DNA from: Mobula hypostoma
Taxonomy: Eukaryota
Direction of reading: 5' to 3'
Assembly: GCF_963921235.1 (NCBI RefSeq)
Contig: NC_086108.1
Coordinates: forward strand, 41,418,001-41,482,000
DNA length: 64,000 nt
Shown piece by piece: positions 1 to 13,089 of the stretch (positions are counted from its first letter, which is position 1; the number at the start of each line of letters is the position of its first letter). Below the pieces are notes generated by a model. It saw only the letters and a program-made list of their open reading frames with translations. It was not told where the DNA came from and ran no database searches. The position numbers and the translations under genes are program-made.

Positions 1-2852
1 TCTACACACCTCTTGTTTAGCCACCTCACAGGAAAAGTTAATGGGCTTATTAAGCTGTGTTTATGTATATATGTACATGATATTATACATATACACAGTA
101 TATAATAGTATTTGCCAATAAGCCCTCTGGCACTAACCATTTAATTATCTTAGTATGGTGTCTCATTCCTTTGCAATTCATTATTTGTTGGATTTTAACT
201 TTTGTTAGAAAGTTTTCTTTAATTTTTCTTTCACTCTCGTTATTGTACTTGCTGTATAATTTTTTTATTTGAATTAAATATTCTAAATTGTGCTTCTGGG
301 TTAGAGTTCCACTTGTCTCACTGATAAATCTTCACTTCGACTGGCTGAAGACTCAAGGAGCTGCATGTTTTGTTGGTGCATGCCACAGATTCCAGGTAGA
401 GAGCACCAGTTTAAAAAGGATCACCACCATCATGACCTGTTCAACTCTGAAGAAAGATTGAATGCTGTTATACATGGAGTGTAATTCAAATTGTATTCCA
501 TCACTGTTGATCACAGAATGAGAGAGGAGGGGAGTGGAGTGGGGTGGGGGGGAGACTATTTACCAATTTATTGCCCAACCCACAACTGCCAATGTAAATA
601 CAGAAATGAACCATCTTTCCAACTTACTGCAAGTATTCTAGTGAAGGTGCATTATGAAGTGAAGCTCCATTCGTTCCAGAGAAATAACTTACAGAGTTTT
701 TTCGTAAAGGTTTCATTCATTTTACTGGGACAGAATTGCCAGTATTTAGATGCAGTGACAGGAGGAGAGACAACATTTTTGACGGCATGTAGCTTAGATG
801 GAAAACCTTCATTAATTTTACCTAAAGTCAGAATATGAGATTCACTCTGTAATAAGGTTGAGTAGAACACCATAAGATACAACACATTTGACATAAGTTG
901 AATCTCAGGTTCCCTGTGATTTGGAGTGTTCATTTTGTGAAGTACTTTGAGCCACAGGGAACAGGAAGTGAGTAATTTTGGTCCTGGTCTGTACTGATTT
1001 AACTAACCTCAACTTAATTACTAGGGCAGGGGGGTGCTTTGACAGAACTTAGAATGTTGCAAGGAAGGTAGTTAGAAACTTTATCAAGCTTCTGACCTGT
1101 ATTGGTAGCTAGTAATTCATGATCAATGGGCAATAAATGTATGTATGATATCCGGCATTAGTAGAGATGAGTGAGTGAGTTAGCTCTTTCTTTCTATTGC
1201 CACACTTATACTTGCTATTTCTTCACATTCACATCACTTGTTTAAGGTATCAGGCATCCACTTGATGAACTTTACATGAAGTGTCCACATGAAAAGTTAG
1301 AAAAAACAGGAAAATTTAGCACATAGTAATTAGTGATTATAATATCACTCCTTTATCCTCTTCATTATAGATAACTAATTCATTGAATTTTTTGAAGGGT
1401 TTCATTCAAATTGTTGCTTTAAAATCAACAGAATTTTAGCCATTAAACCCATAGTCATGTTATGTTTGAATGTGTGTCTTATTATAGCAAGTGTTTTTAA
1501 AAAGACAAATGATTTTGGAACAATAAAACTTCAAAGGCATGTCCTCTGAGTCAGAGACAGGATGGACTTGTTTATTTTTATTTTTTTACATTTCTGATTG
1601 AGAGTTTAGGAATCACAATAACTTTGGCTTAGTCATTACTAGTGTGTTTTGAGTAATCAAATGAAAGAAAGCACATGTACAGAAGAAAAATCGACAGAGA
1701 GAGAGCAGCATTAGCACATATCAATGAAATACTTCAATAAAAAACAATTTTCTGTCCTGCATTTATGATCATTTTGGTAACAATACAGAATGATAGCCTG
1801 AAACAAAATTTAGTTGAAAAGCCAGAAGTAACTAGTGGCGATACTGGGAACTTGAGTATGAGATTATTTGTTTAATTGATGTAGTGAAGAAGTGTGCGTG
1901 AAAAAAAACTCCAGATGTTGTTTCCCAGGTGTCAGGCTCAGGGACATCTCAGATTGGATCCATAGCATTATTAGGGAGGAGGGTGAGCAGCGGGATGGTG
2001 TGGTACACATTAGAACCAATGGCAGAGGTACAATGACGTAAGTAGGTCCTGAAGAGTAAATGAGTGGAGCTAGGTAGGGAGTTAAAAGCAGAATCTCAAG
2101 GGTAGATATTTCTGGATTGCTGCCTGTGCTATGTGTCAGTGAGGGTAAGAGTAGAATGATTTGGCAACTGAATACGGCTGAACAACTGGTGGAGGGGATA
2201 GGGTTTCAGATTTGTGGATCACCGGGATCTCTTCTACGGAAGGTGAAAAAAAAGGGTTACACCTGAATTTAAGTGGAACCAGTGTCCTTGTGAACTGTTG
2301 GGGAGGGTTTAAGCTTGGTTGGTAGGGAGAGGGGAACCAGAGGATGGAGCACTTGGTGTAAGGGTAGATGCAATGTGTAGAGAGACAGTGAGGAAGGATA
2401 GGCAGGGACAGAGAATAAATGCAGTCAGTTGGATGGCTTTAAAATGTGTCAGCTTCAATATGAGAAGTATCAGGAAGAAGGATGATAAACTTGGAGCATG
2501 GGAATGCAATGCTGTGGGCATTATAGGAATGGTTACTGGATATCCTAGGGTTAAGATAATTCAAAGCAGACAGGGAGGGAAGTAAAAGAGGTGAAGGAGC
2601 AGCATTACTAATAGGGAATAGTATCACAGCTGCAGAAAGGGAGAACGTAGTGGAGGAATCATCTGCTGAGTCAGTATGGGCGGACGATAGGAACAGGAAG
2701 GGAGCAATCACTCTATTGGGAGTATTTTATAGCTTGGTTTCCCACCCCACCCCCACATCATAGCAGCAGAGAGCAGATCAGGAGACAGATTTTGGAATGA
2801 TGCAAAAATAGCTGTGTTGTTGTCATGAGTGAACTCAACCTCCCTATACTCT

Positions 2853-3455
2853 GGTTCAGAGGCTGATGGTTGAAGGATAATAGACGTTCCTGAACCTGGA
2901 GGGTATGGGTCCTGAGGATTCACCACCTACCTCCTGATGGCAGCAGAGAGAAGATAGCAGCACCTGGACTGTGGGGTCCGTGATGGTACATGGTGCTTTC
3001 CTGTGACAGCATTCCTTGTAGATGTGCTCAATCGTGGGGAGGGCTTTACCCATAGAGGGTAAACTACTCCTTGTAGGATTTTCCATTCAATGGCATTGTT
3101 ATCTCCATGCCAGGCTGTGATGCAACCAATTAGTACGCTCTCCACCACACATCCATAGAAGTTTGTCAAAGTTTTAGATGACACGACGGATCTTCACAAA
3201 CTTCTGAGAAATAGAGGTGCTTCCATACCTTCTTCATAATGGTGCTTACATGCTGGAGGCAGAACCTCTGAAATGATAACGCTGAGGAATTTAAAGTTGC
3301 TCCACCTCTAATCTCCTGATGAGGACTTGCTCATGGACCTCTGGTTTCCTCCTCCTATAATCAGTAATCATCTCTTTGGTTTTGCTGACATTGAGTGAGA
3401 AGTTGTTGTTGTGGCACTATTCAGCCAGATTTTCAATCTCTCTCCTATATGCCAA
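2853..3455 (-). mobile_element. Rex1/Babar-like LINE fragment (RT C-terminal region) inserted in the CR1 endonuclease
   Basis: ORF 2927-3184 MSSKTLTNFYGCVVESVLIGCITAWHG matches the same motif in the copy at 26410-26500. Confidence 0.75.
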
Positions 3456-4199
3456 TTCAGGTGTTAACTTTCTCAGTGGATGAGCATTTCAGAAACAGTA
3501 ACCACAACTCCCTGACCTTTAGTTTAGCTTTGGAACTGGGACATGAGCAGATAGTATGATAAGGTAAATGGGGGGAGGATGAACTATGATTCGGCAAGAA
3601 CCTGGGATGTAAACTGGGAACAGATGTACTCAGGGAAATGTACAATGGAAATACGGAGGTATATTAGAGAGCACGCATTGGATTCTGGTTAGATTTGTCC
3701 ATTGAGGCAGGGAAAGGATGATAGGGTGAAGGAATCATGGTTGGCAAGTGAAGTAAAACATCTATTCAAGGGAAAGAAGGAAGTAACACTGAAGGTTTAG
3801 AAAGCAAGAAACAGACAAGGCTCTTGTGAGTTATAAGATAGACAGCTAGAAGGGGATATGGTAAGGTTTTGGTGAGTAGGATTTAAAAAACCCACAGGTG
3901 TTCTACATGTACATGAAGGACAGGAGGATGACTAGAGTGAGGACAGGAACAATCAGCGATATAAGGAGGGAACATGTGCCTGAAGTTGGGAGAGGTAGGG
4001 GAGGTCCTTAATGAATATTTTCCTTCAATATTCACAAATGTAAGGGACCTTGGCAAATGTAAGGACAGTCTAATATGCTGGAACACGTCAATGTTAAGAA
4101 AGAGGGTGTGCTAGAAATTTTGATTAACATTAGTATAGATAAGTTGGAGGGGCCAGATAGAATATACCCCAGATTACAATAGGAAAGACATTGCTGCAA

Positions 4200-5081
4200 C
4201 AGGGAAGAGAGTCCTGTTAAAGATGCTGCTGTTGAGACACAGCGATGCTTTAAGCCAGCAAACAAAACTACTCACCATAATATTAATTACACTTTTCCTC
4301 GACTGCGATCACTGCAATCCACAGCAGTAGTTTTCCTGTGGAGCTGTGCTTTTGAACCATCTGTACGTTCCAGCATTTTTTCAGTATGCTGAAGGATTCA
4401 GCGGTGGATTCTCGAGAGTTCAGGTACGGCCTTGTGGCTAGTGCTGGAGTGAACTTGGGGCTGATTGAAGCAGTGGGGCCTGAGACAAAGAGTGAAAAAT
4501 GAACCGACATTTGGTCATTGCTGGAGCAGACCTGGGGCCAGATCGAGGTGATGGGACCCAGGCCCAGGAGTGAAAAATGAATTAATGTTTTGCCAACTTA
4601 AACACCAAGCAAATTGTCAAGGTTAAGGGTGAAGGACAAACATGAAGTTTTCTCGTCTCAGCTGTGGCCTGCAACCATCAACACTCGTCTTAGCCCTGAA
4701 CTGGCTCATGGTTGTGAACTGTAGCCATTGGGCTCCCAGACCAGCTTCACTCAGCTCAGCACTGAAATGGATCTGTGACTGTGGCCTGCAGCCATCGGGA
4801 TTCAGGGCTGGCTGCAACACTGAACTGGCTCCATGGCTATTTTGGGGTATCTGCAGTTCATGTTCTGTGTGATTTTTGTTTACTATTTTATTACTCGTAT
4901 GATTTGTTCTTTTTTTTCACACACTGGGTGTTTGATGGTCTTTGTTGTGGGAGTTTTTAATGGGTTCTATTGAGTTTTCTTGTTTTGTGACAGCCTGCAA
5001 GAAGATGAGTCTCAAGACTAAATATAGTATAAATACTTTGCTAATAAATGTGTCTTCAACCTCATAAACTTTGTACTTTGA
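4200..5081 (+). mobile_element. Non-coding non-autonomous retroposon with a Rex1-type 3' terminus
   Basis: Interrupts the CR1. Ends in GCAAGAAGATGAGTCTCAAG..AATAAA..ACTTTGTACTTTGA, similar to the end of the Rex1-like copy at 27150-27227. Confidence 0.6.
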
Positions 5082-6165
5082 TGATGATCTTTGCATCGAC
5101 ACTGGCCACAGAAGAAGTGAAGGACTGAAGGATGGCAAACGTTGTTCCTTAGTTTGACAAAGGTAATAGGTACAGTATAGTCCAGGAAATTATAGGCCAG
5201 TGAATCTTATGTCAGTGTTGGGCAAACAACTGGAGAGGATTTTAGAGACAGGAGTTGCAAGAATTTGGAGAAGCATAGACTAATTAGGGATAGTGAGTGT
5301 GTCCTTGTAAGACATAGGTCATCCCTCATGAACCTGTTTGAACTCTTCGAGGAGTTGACAAGGCAAATTTAGTAAGGCTTTCAAACAAGGATCCCCATGG
5401 TAGGCTCATTTAGAAAGTTAGGACACATGGGGTCCTGGAAAACTTGGATGTGCGGATTCGGCATTGCCTTGCCTACAGAAGGCAAAGAGCGTTTGTAGAT
5501 GAAGCATATTCTGCCTCGGGGTCAGTGGCCAGTGGTTCTCCAGGGATCTGTTCTGGGACTTGCTCTTGGTGATTGTCATAAATGACATTAGGTGAGGAAG
5601 TGGTCGGGTGAGTTAGTAAGTTTGCAGATGACACAAGGGTTGGTGGAGTTGTGGATAGTGTAGAGGTTGGCATATGTTACAATGGGATATTGACAGGATA
5701 CAGAGCTGATGGAGTTCAATACAGAGAAGTGTGAAGTGATATACTTTGGAAGGCCAAACTTGAAGCCAGAGTTCAAGGTTAATAGGAGGATTCTTAGCAG
5801 CAGAGGAAAAGAGGAGTATTGGGGTTCGCATTCATCGGTCCCTCAAACTTACCATGCAAGTTGATAGAGTGGTTAAGGCAGTGCATGGTGCTTTGGCTTT
5901 CACTGATTGGGAGATTGAGTTCAAGAGTCATAGGGAAATGTTGCAGCTCAAGAAAACCCAGGGTAGGTTACATTTCGAATGGAGTATTGTGGTCAGTTCT
6001 GATCACGTCATTATAGGAAACACGAGGAAGCTTTAGAGAGGGTGCAGAGGTGATTTGCCAGGATGCGGCACGGTTTAGAGAGCATATCTTATGAGGAAAG
6101 GCTGAGTGACCTAGGACTTTTCTGTTTGGAATGAAGGAGGATGAGAGGTGATTTGATAGAGTGTA

Positions 6166-7820
6166 TAGGCTCCAGAGATAAGGACAACAAGGAGTTAGTC
6201 ATGGGAGACAGAGGAGCAGGTACAGCACTGCCAGAGTTGGGGGACTGAGCTGTGTTCAAGGACTCATCAGGGGATCTGAATAAATACACCATAGATGTCA
6301 CGGACTTCAGTAAAACAGTCATAGACGAGTCTGTCCCACAAAGTCATTCAGAGTCTTCCCCAGCCAGAATCCCTGGATGAACCATGAGATCTGCAATCTG
6401 CTGAGAGCCAGATCACTAGAACTCAAGTCTGGAGACCAAGTAGAATACAAGAGGTCCAGTTACAATCTCCAGAAAGCTATCTCATGTGCAAAGTGCCAAT
6501 TCCTGACCAAACTAGAATCACTGAAAGATACTTAACAGCTGTGGCAAGGCTTGAATAGGCTTGAATGCTATCACCTCCGACAAAGAGAAACCAAGCCTCA
6601 TTGGTGACAACAAGTCATCGTTTCCAGATGAGTTCAATGCCTTCTCAGCTCGCTTTGACCATCAAAACATGAAGGAACCTTTACCAACTCCCACAGCCTC
6701 CAATGGCCCTGTGCTTTCAGTCTCTGAGGCCAGCTAAGTGCATACTTCAGGGGGTGAATACAGGTAAAGCATCCAGCCCAGCTGGAATATCTGGCCAAGT
6801 ACTAAAGACCTGTGTGGATCAGTTGGCTGAAGTGTTCATCCATATCCTTAACTTTTTGCTTCGGCCGTCTGAGATTCCCTTCTGCCTCAAGCAGGCTTCA
6901 ATCACACAGTGCCTGAGAAGAACATGGTAACCTGCGTCAATGACCATAGTCCAGTAGCACTTACATGCACTGTGATAAACATAGAAACATAGAAAATAGG
7001 TGCAGGAGTAGGCCATTCGGCCCTTCAAACCTGCACCGCCATTTATTATGATCATGGCTGATCATCCAACTCAGAACCCCACCCCAGCCTTCCCTTCATA
7101 CCCCCGATCCCCGTAGCCACAAGGGCCATATCTAACTCCCTCTTAAATATAGCCAATGAACTGGCCTCAACTGTTTCCTGTGGCAGAGAATTCCACAGAT
7201 AAGTGCTGAAGTGATGAAGTGCTTTTTCAGGCTGGTGATGAAACTTATCAAGTCCTGCCTGAGAAGTGACTTGGATCCACTCCAATTTGCCTAAAGTCAC
7301 AATGGGTCCACAGCAGATGCCATTTCATTGGCTCTTCACTCAACCCTGGAACAACTGGACAGCAAAGGTGCATACATCAGGATGCTCTTTATTGACTACA
7401 GCTTGGCAATCAATAATACCATCCCTCAAAACTAATCAATACATTTGAATACCTTCTTGTACAATTGGATCCTGGATTTCCTCACTTGCAGGGCCCATTC
7501 AGTTTGGATTGGCAACAACATCTCCTCCACAATCTCCATCAGGACAGATGCAGCACAAAGCTGGGTGCTTAGACCCCTGCTTTACATGCCTTACAGTTAT
7601 GGCCGTGAGGACAAGCACACCTACAATGCCATGTTCAAGTTTGCTGATGACACCACTGTCGTAGGCTGAATCAAAGATGGTGACGAATCAGCATATTGGA
7701 AGGAGATTGAAACTCAGGCTGAGTGGTGCACAACAGCAATCTCTCACTCAACGTCTACAAGACCAAGGAGCTGATTATCAACTTCAGGAGGAAGTAACCT
7801 GAGGTCCATGAACCAGTCAG
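6166..7820 (+). mobile_element. Rex1/Babar-like LINE fragment (linker and RT domain), degenerate
   Basis: ORFs give KASSPAGISGQVLKTCVDQLAEVFIHILN and LYNWILDFLT..LRPLLY..KFADDTTVVG. Confidence 0.85.
6977..7200 (-). mobile_element. Short 5'-truncated young CR1 3' end inserted in the Rex1-like element
   Basis: (CTATGTTT)n tail; LWNSLPQETVEASSLAIFKRELDMALVA; roughly 90% identical by eye to 47569-47790; GTGAT on both sides (6972-6976, 7211-7215). Confidence 0.9.
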
Positions 7821-9825
7821 AGAGACTGAGCAGTCAGCTAATGACGGCACCATTCAGAATAAAATAGACACCTGGCATTGTCCCAGATAAAAGGTTGGAC
7901 TCAACAACTTTGTCTTATTGCAACACGTAGAAAGCAATGACAGTTGCAGCTGGAAAGACATTTTCCCTCCCCGTTTAAAATCTTCAAACTCACATTCCAA
8001 TCCTCTATGTAAGAGACCAGGCAGATGAGTTGCTGGTTGCCTTCTCTGCTATTTACTGATCTGTAATCAGCCACCACAAGAAAAAACTTGGGCTGCAGAT
8101 ACTATTTCCTGTTATTACTTTCAGTTCCTTTTCTGGCAATAACCTCTGCTTAATAATCAGTTTTCAGAATTTTGCTAATCTGTCAATTCGACAGAATTTC
8201 ATCTGATTTTCCATTGGCACACTCTTTGGAATCCAGATTGCTTTTGCCAACCATGGGACAAAATTCTCACCAGGTCTTAAGGTGAGACTCTGATATGAAT
8301 TGCACAAAAGGGAAAGAGAAGAGATGGGGAACTGCCAACTATAATGTGGACAGCTGCTCTGACCGTAGACAGAATTCACATGGAAGTAGAAAGAAAATGT
8401 CTTCAAATTATAAATCTATCCTGAATTAAACAAATCTGACTACAAACGAATGAAAATAACAGGACATCTGTAATAAATTTTGATTTGAAAAGTGAACGGG
8501 CTGCTGGTGAGTGGATTACAAGCCATTTCTCTCATATGCTATTTCTTTGTTTCACACCCCTAAATCAGAATGACTCCTCTTTAAAAGCAAAATGTTTTTT
8601 TTGAATCATTGTCATCGGAATGTGCTCTCAGCTTGTATTTCAATTGGATTTTATATTTGCATCTTCTAATCTCAAAAGAAATATAATGTTCCTTGGTATT
8701 TTTCTTTGAGCACTGTTGGCAAGCAAATCTGAAAGGAAACAATTGAGCTTTCTTTTCAGACTCTAGTTCTTGCAGTTCTTCTGAATACAGGTGTGTGGTC
8801 CTATTGATTCTGCAAATTGCTGAGCCTCATTTTGAAGGCTGCTTTTCTGTTTCAAAGATTGTGATTCTGGACTTGGATGACCTTGGGAAAAGAAAAGCAT
8901 GAAGCTTCTCTGGAGAAGTGGAATTCCCTATTATTAAATACTTCTTTATGCTCTTCCCTTCTTTCCCTCTATTTTATAATGTTCTCCTTATACTAGAAAA
9001 TTGTAATAATTTTGTACAGCGGTTTCTTTCTCTCAGTGGTTGCTATGCAACAATGTGTAGCTATCTGTGGCCCTGGTACTGCGGTACAAAATAAGCAGTG
9101 GAATACTCAGCCTCGTTGTATTCCTCTGCTCTTGGGGTTTAGACTACACCAACTCTATTCCTGCAGCAGTTTTCAAACAAAGTATTGTTACCTCACTTGA
9201 TATTTCCTTTCTCCAATTTATGGCAGGCCCTGAAATTTTTAAAAAGACAAAATTCTGCATGAAAAGCTTTGCGAGGAAATATGGAGGTACACTGTACTCC
9301 AAATGCAAAGGCTTGTTTTTGCCAAGTGCTTACTTCTTACTGGTTTACTTTTTAATCTCTGTTCAAGATTCACTATTGACCCCAAACTGCTAGCAAGGCG
9401 CCTTTCCCCGTTCTAATTTTGCATTGTTGAACCACAGCCAGTTCCTCGGATAAAGTACAGAGGCTACTCGTACAGTTGCTTTCAAGTTGCTTCAAAATAC
9501 AGATGTGATTTTACACAAGAAAGTTAATATTTTATCAGGAGCACCCAGAATTATTTGTACTTTGAATCAATATCTTCATTTACATTAGTTTTAAATGTGA
9601 GTCGTCAACTTGTAGCTTGACAGCAGAATAATTAAGAAGAAAATATCAAGGTGATAATCCTGCTTTACTTTGCATCAAACAATATTGAAATTATCTTAGG
9701 CAGTCGATCACACCAAATATATCCTCACTAATACTTGTATCTCATGGGAAATGATTATTTTGTGTTACTATAGGAAGGAACTTACCCAGCAGGTCACTAC
9801 AGAATGAGTCCCAGACTAAGTGAAT

Positions 9826-10740
9826 CATAAGACCATAAGACATAGGAGCAGAATTAGGCCACTCGGCCCATCGAGTCTGGGCTGCCATTCCATCACAGCT
9901 AATTTATTATTCCTCTAAGAACATAGAAACATAGAAAACCTACAGCACAATACAGGGCCTTTGGCCCACAAAGCTGTGCCAAACACGTCCTTACCTTAGG
10001 ACTACCTAGGCTTACCCATAGCCCTCTATTTTTCTAAGCTCCATGTACCCATCCAGGAGTCTCTTAAAAGTCCCTATTGTTTCTGCCTCCACCGTTACCG
10101 GCAGCCCATTCCACGCACTCACCACTCTCTGCGTAAAAAAATCACCCCTGACATCTCCTCTGTACCTACTTCCAAGCACCTTAAAACTATGCCCTCTCGT
10201 GCTAGCCACTTCAGCCCTAGGAAAAAGTCTCTGACTATCCACACGATTAACGCCTCCCATTATCTTGTACTCTTCCATCAGGTCACCTCTCATCCTCCGT
10301 TGCTCCAAGGAGAAAAGGCCGAGTTCACTCAACCTTTTCTCATAAAGCATGCTCCTCAATCCAGGCAACATCCTTGTAAATCTCTTCTGCACCCCTTCTA
10401 TGGTTTCCACGTCCTTCCTGTAGTGAGGCGACCAGAATTGAGCACAGTACTCCAAGTGGGGTCTGACTAGGGTCCTATATAGCTGCAACATTAACTCTCG
10501 GCTCCTAAACTCAATCCCACGGTTGACGAAGACCAATACACCGTATGCCTTCTTAACCACAGAGTCAACCTGCGTAACAGCTTTGAGTGTTTCAACCTCA
10601 TTCTCCTGCCCTCTCCCAGTAATCTTTGATGCCCTGCTTAACTAAGAACCTATCAAGCTCTGCTTTAAATATACTCAATAAGTTGGTCTCTACAGCCGTC
10701 TCCGGTAATGAATTCCACCAATTCACCACCTTCTGGCTAA
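9826..10740 (-). mobile_element. Older CR1 3' end split into 9826-9916 and 10591-10740 by a younger CR1
   Basis: CATAAGAC tail repeats and a GGCC..GGCCC 3' hairpin region. The 3' UTR/ORF end resumes at 10591 (GAATTCCCACAATTCACCACC) and resembles 49847-50060. Confidence 0.7.
9917..10590 (-). mobile_element. Young 5'-truncated CR1 with an uninterrupted ORF2 C-terminus (10012-10560)
   Basis: 182-aa open frame with LYRTLVRPHLEYCAQFWSP, RRMRGDL, TRGH and FFTQRVVSAWNGLP; (CTATGTTT)n tail. Confidence 0.92.
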
Positions 10741-11018
10741 TTCAGAATCACTGTAGGAGAGACTAATGCCCCTGTGACATGAGTTACCTGAAATGAAACA
10801 TCTTTCTGTCTGGGTCATTAGAAAAGCAACCACTTCTAACATGGCTATTAGGAATGAATATTTTTTAACATGGATCATCAGAGAAGCTCTCTCTCTTCAA
10901 GAAGCAAGTTGTTTTCAAAAGGTATTTCAAAATATTCCAGATATATTTGAGTAAATTCAAGCCTTTAATCATGAAAAATGGATGTCAATACTGATCCCAC
11001 AAGTGAGGTTACATATTT

Positions 11019-11148
11019 GTCCTGAAGAAGAGTCCCGGCCCGGAAAGTGTTTATTCACTTCCATAGATGCTGCCTGATCTGCTGAATTCCTCCAACATTT
11101 TGTGTGTGGTGCCTTGGATTTCCAGCATATGCAGAATTTCTTGTGTTT
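11019..11148 (+). mobile_element. Solo Penelope-like terminal (pLTR) remnant with a damaged hammerhead motif
   Basis: CTGAAGA(11022-11028)..GAAA, then CCATAGATGCTGCCTGATCTGCTGAATTCCTCCAACATTTTGTGTGTG, homologous to 62214-62350. Confidence 0.75.
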
Positions 11149-13009
11149 ATTATATATTTGATGCTGCTTTCCCTGTTTTCTAACCTGATTAGTTTTGCAG
11201 CAAGACATAACTTTGCATCAGCATCTTGTTGCCACTGCTCCATCAGTTCGGAAATGAAGAAATTGGCTTGCTCTCCTGACCTGAACCAACTTGCACAAAA
11301 GTGGAGCTTTTGATGTATGATGTCTAAAAATGCTACTTGATAATGCAAATCCACGAATACTATAATTTAGCAGAGGCTGCTCAGGAATCTTACACCCAGT
11401 TAAGGGCCCGCATTAAAGCATACCGTACTACTGGACTCAATTCATGATGCAACAATATGGCTTGCTAGTAGAATGGACACTGAGGGACTGAGCAGAGGTT
11501 GTGGGCCATTGAAGGCAATTTAAATCAGGAGCTTCTCAGTGCTTCTTCTGTAATCTCCAAGCAGAAATTGTATAATTGTGGCTGGAATTGATACAGAAGG
11601 CAGGCTTTGATTTGGACAAAGTAAACAATTGTTTCTCAAGCTACTTTCTCTATTGCTTATCTTCCCTTGCCCAACCTTGAAAATCTTGTCAATGATGAAC
11701 AGGTAATTGACTGTACTTGGAACAATTGCTCATGACCAAAACTTTAGCAGCACCTTATCCTGCATTATTTACATTTTAGACATCAGAGCCATTATTCTGC
11801 AGCATAAGCCTGGACAGCTAATTATCAATTAAACACAGGGGTTGGTATTACACAGGGCTGTACAACAGGTACGTGTGTCAATGTCCACTGTGTCATCTCT
11901 ACTGATACTTTCTAGATACAAGTTTATGAACACACAAATGAAGATTATCCTCAATTCCATTGGTTGAGCTTAAAATCTGAGGAACTCTCCAAATGCATTG
12001 CTGAGGGAGTTGTGTATCTTTGGATGTGCCATCTTTCATCTGTGATGGTTCATGTTTCATAGACAGCTGACATAGATTCCATGGGACTGATATGTTATTG
12101 ATCGAGGAGTTCTTTCTGACATCCAGCATATCATTTGCCTTCAAACAATAGTGATGTATATATTATTTGTTCATTCCCATGTTGCTATGGATTGAATTTG
12201 CCACATACAATTTGGATGGGACATCTCTGACATTGCAAGTGAAGTGATTACACTCCAAATGTACATTAGCTGTAATGCTTTTTGGAATGTCCTGAGGCTG
12301 AGAAACATACTATAGAAGCCCAAGTAGTCCTTCAGTTTTCTGAGCACTCTGACAGCTGTGGATGTAACAGGATGATTAAGTAAAAACCGCCTTGCTAACT
12401 ATAACCAGCTTCATACCAGCCAAAAGAGATTTGTATCAAATACTAGGAAAACAATGTTGGGCTCTTACAGTCCATATACCTGAAAATGAGTGGCAATGCA
12501 TGCCCATCAGATGTGTGTATATTGACATCCTGTTAAGCAAAGGTTTAATTTTCAAAATTGTTGACATGTTCTTTCTTGGCTTCACCGCTCTCTATATCTT
12601 CAGACTTCTTTGTCCACAATTCTTTGAAATGTTTGTGCTAAACTTTTGATCAGCTTCAATAATTAAACATTTGTGGCTGTGTCTTCAGATGCCAAGGTCC
12701 TAAGCCTTTCCTAAGTCCTTCCTTAATCCTTTCTGTCTTTCCACCTCCTTAAGGATCTTCTCAACTCACCTCTGTAGCTATCATTTATCACAAAATCTTG
12801 CATAACTCGATGTCAAATCTCACTCCTTTTGGTGCAACGTAGAACATTATACAACAGTAAAATAAATAGGAGTGTCAATCTAGAATTGAGCAAGGCTCAA
12901 TCTCTACTCCACTTGCCAAAAGTATCTGGATAAGGATTGAACCCTGTACTTTTGGCTCAGAGGCTTCTGCTACTGACCCAAACACTTGCTCCAATTTAAT
13001 TTTGTGCCT

Positions 13010-13089
13010 AGCACAGATTAGCAGGAAGTCCATTAATTTGAACTAGTAATGACTAGTTCAAACTAATGGACTTCCTGCTAATCTGTGCT
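13010..13089. repeat. Near-perfect inverted repeat (38-bp arms, 4-nt loop, 1 mismatch)
   Basis: AGCACAGATTAGCAGGAAGTCCATTAATTTGAACTAGT-AATG-ACTAGTTCAAACTAATGGACTTCCTGCTAATCTGTGCT. Confidence 0.97.

Larger units (their letters stand above)
1880..6165 (+). mobile_element. Degenerate CR1 LINE (ORF1 esterase end, APE endonuclease, RT), split into ~1880-2850, ~3456-4190 and ~5080-6165 by later insertions
   Basis: Frameshifted translations: PGVRLRDISDWIHSII..VVHIRTN (ORF1 SGNH-like, ~1925-2020); LKCVSFNMRSIRKK (EN start, ~2440); DEHFRNSNHNSL (EN end, ~3480); MANVVP (~5130); SKFADDT (RT motif, ~5620); RRMRGDLIE (~6140). Confidence 0.85.

Noticed and set aside
491..933. ORFs of 115 and 93 aa, and similar short ORFs at 8164-9393, 11899-12144 and 16403-16786
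   Set aside because: No recognisable domain and no consistent pair of splice signals; lengths are compatible with chance.
10012..10560. 182-aa intact ORF as a possible domesticated gene
   Set aside because: It is the C-terminus of a young 5'-truncated CR1 with its normal tail; an open frame is expected from its age.
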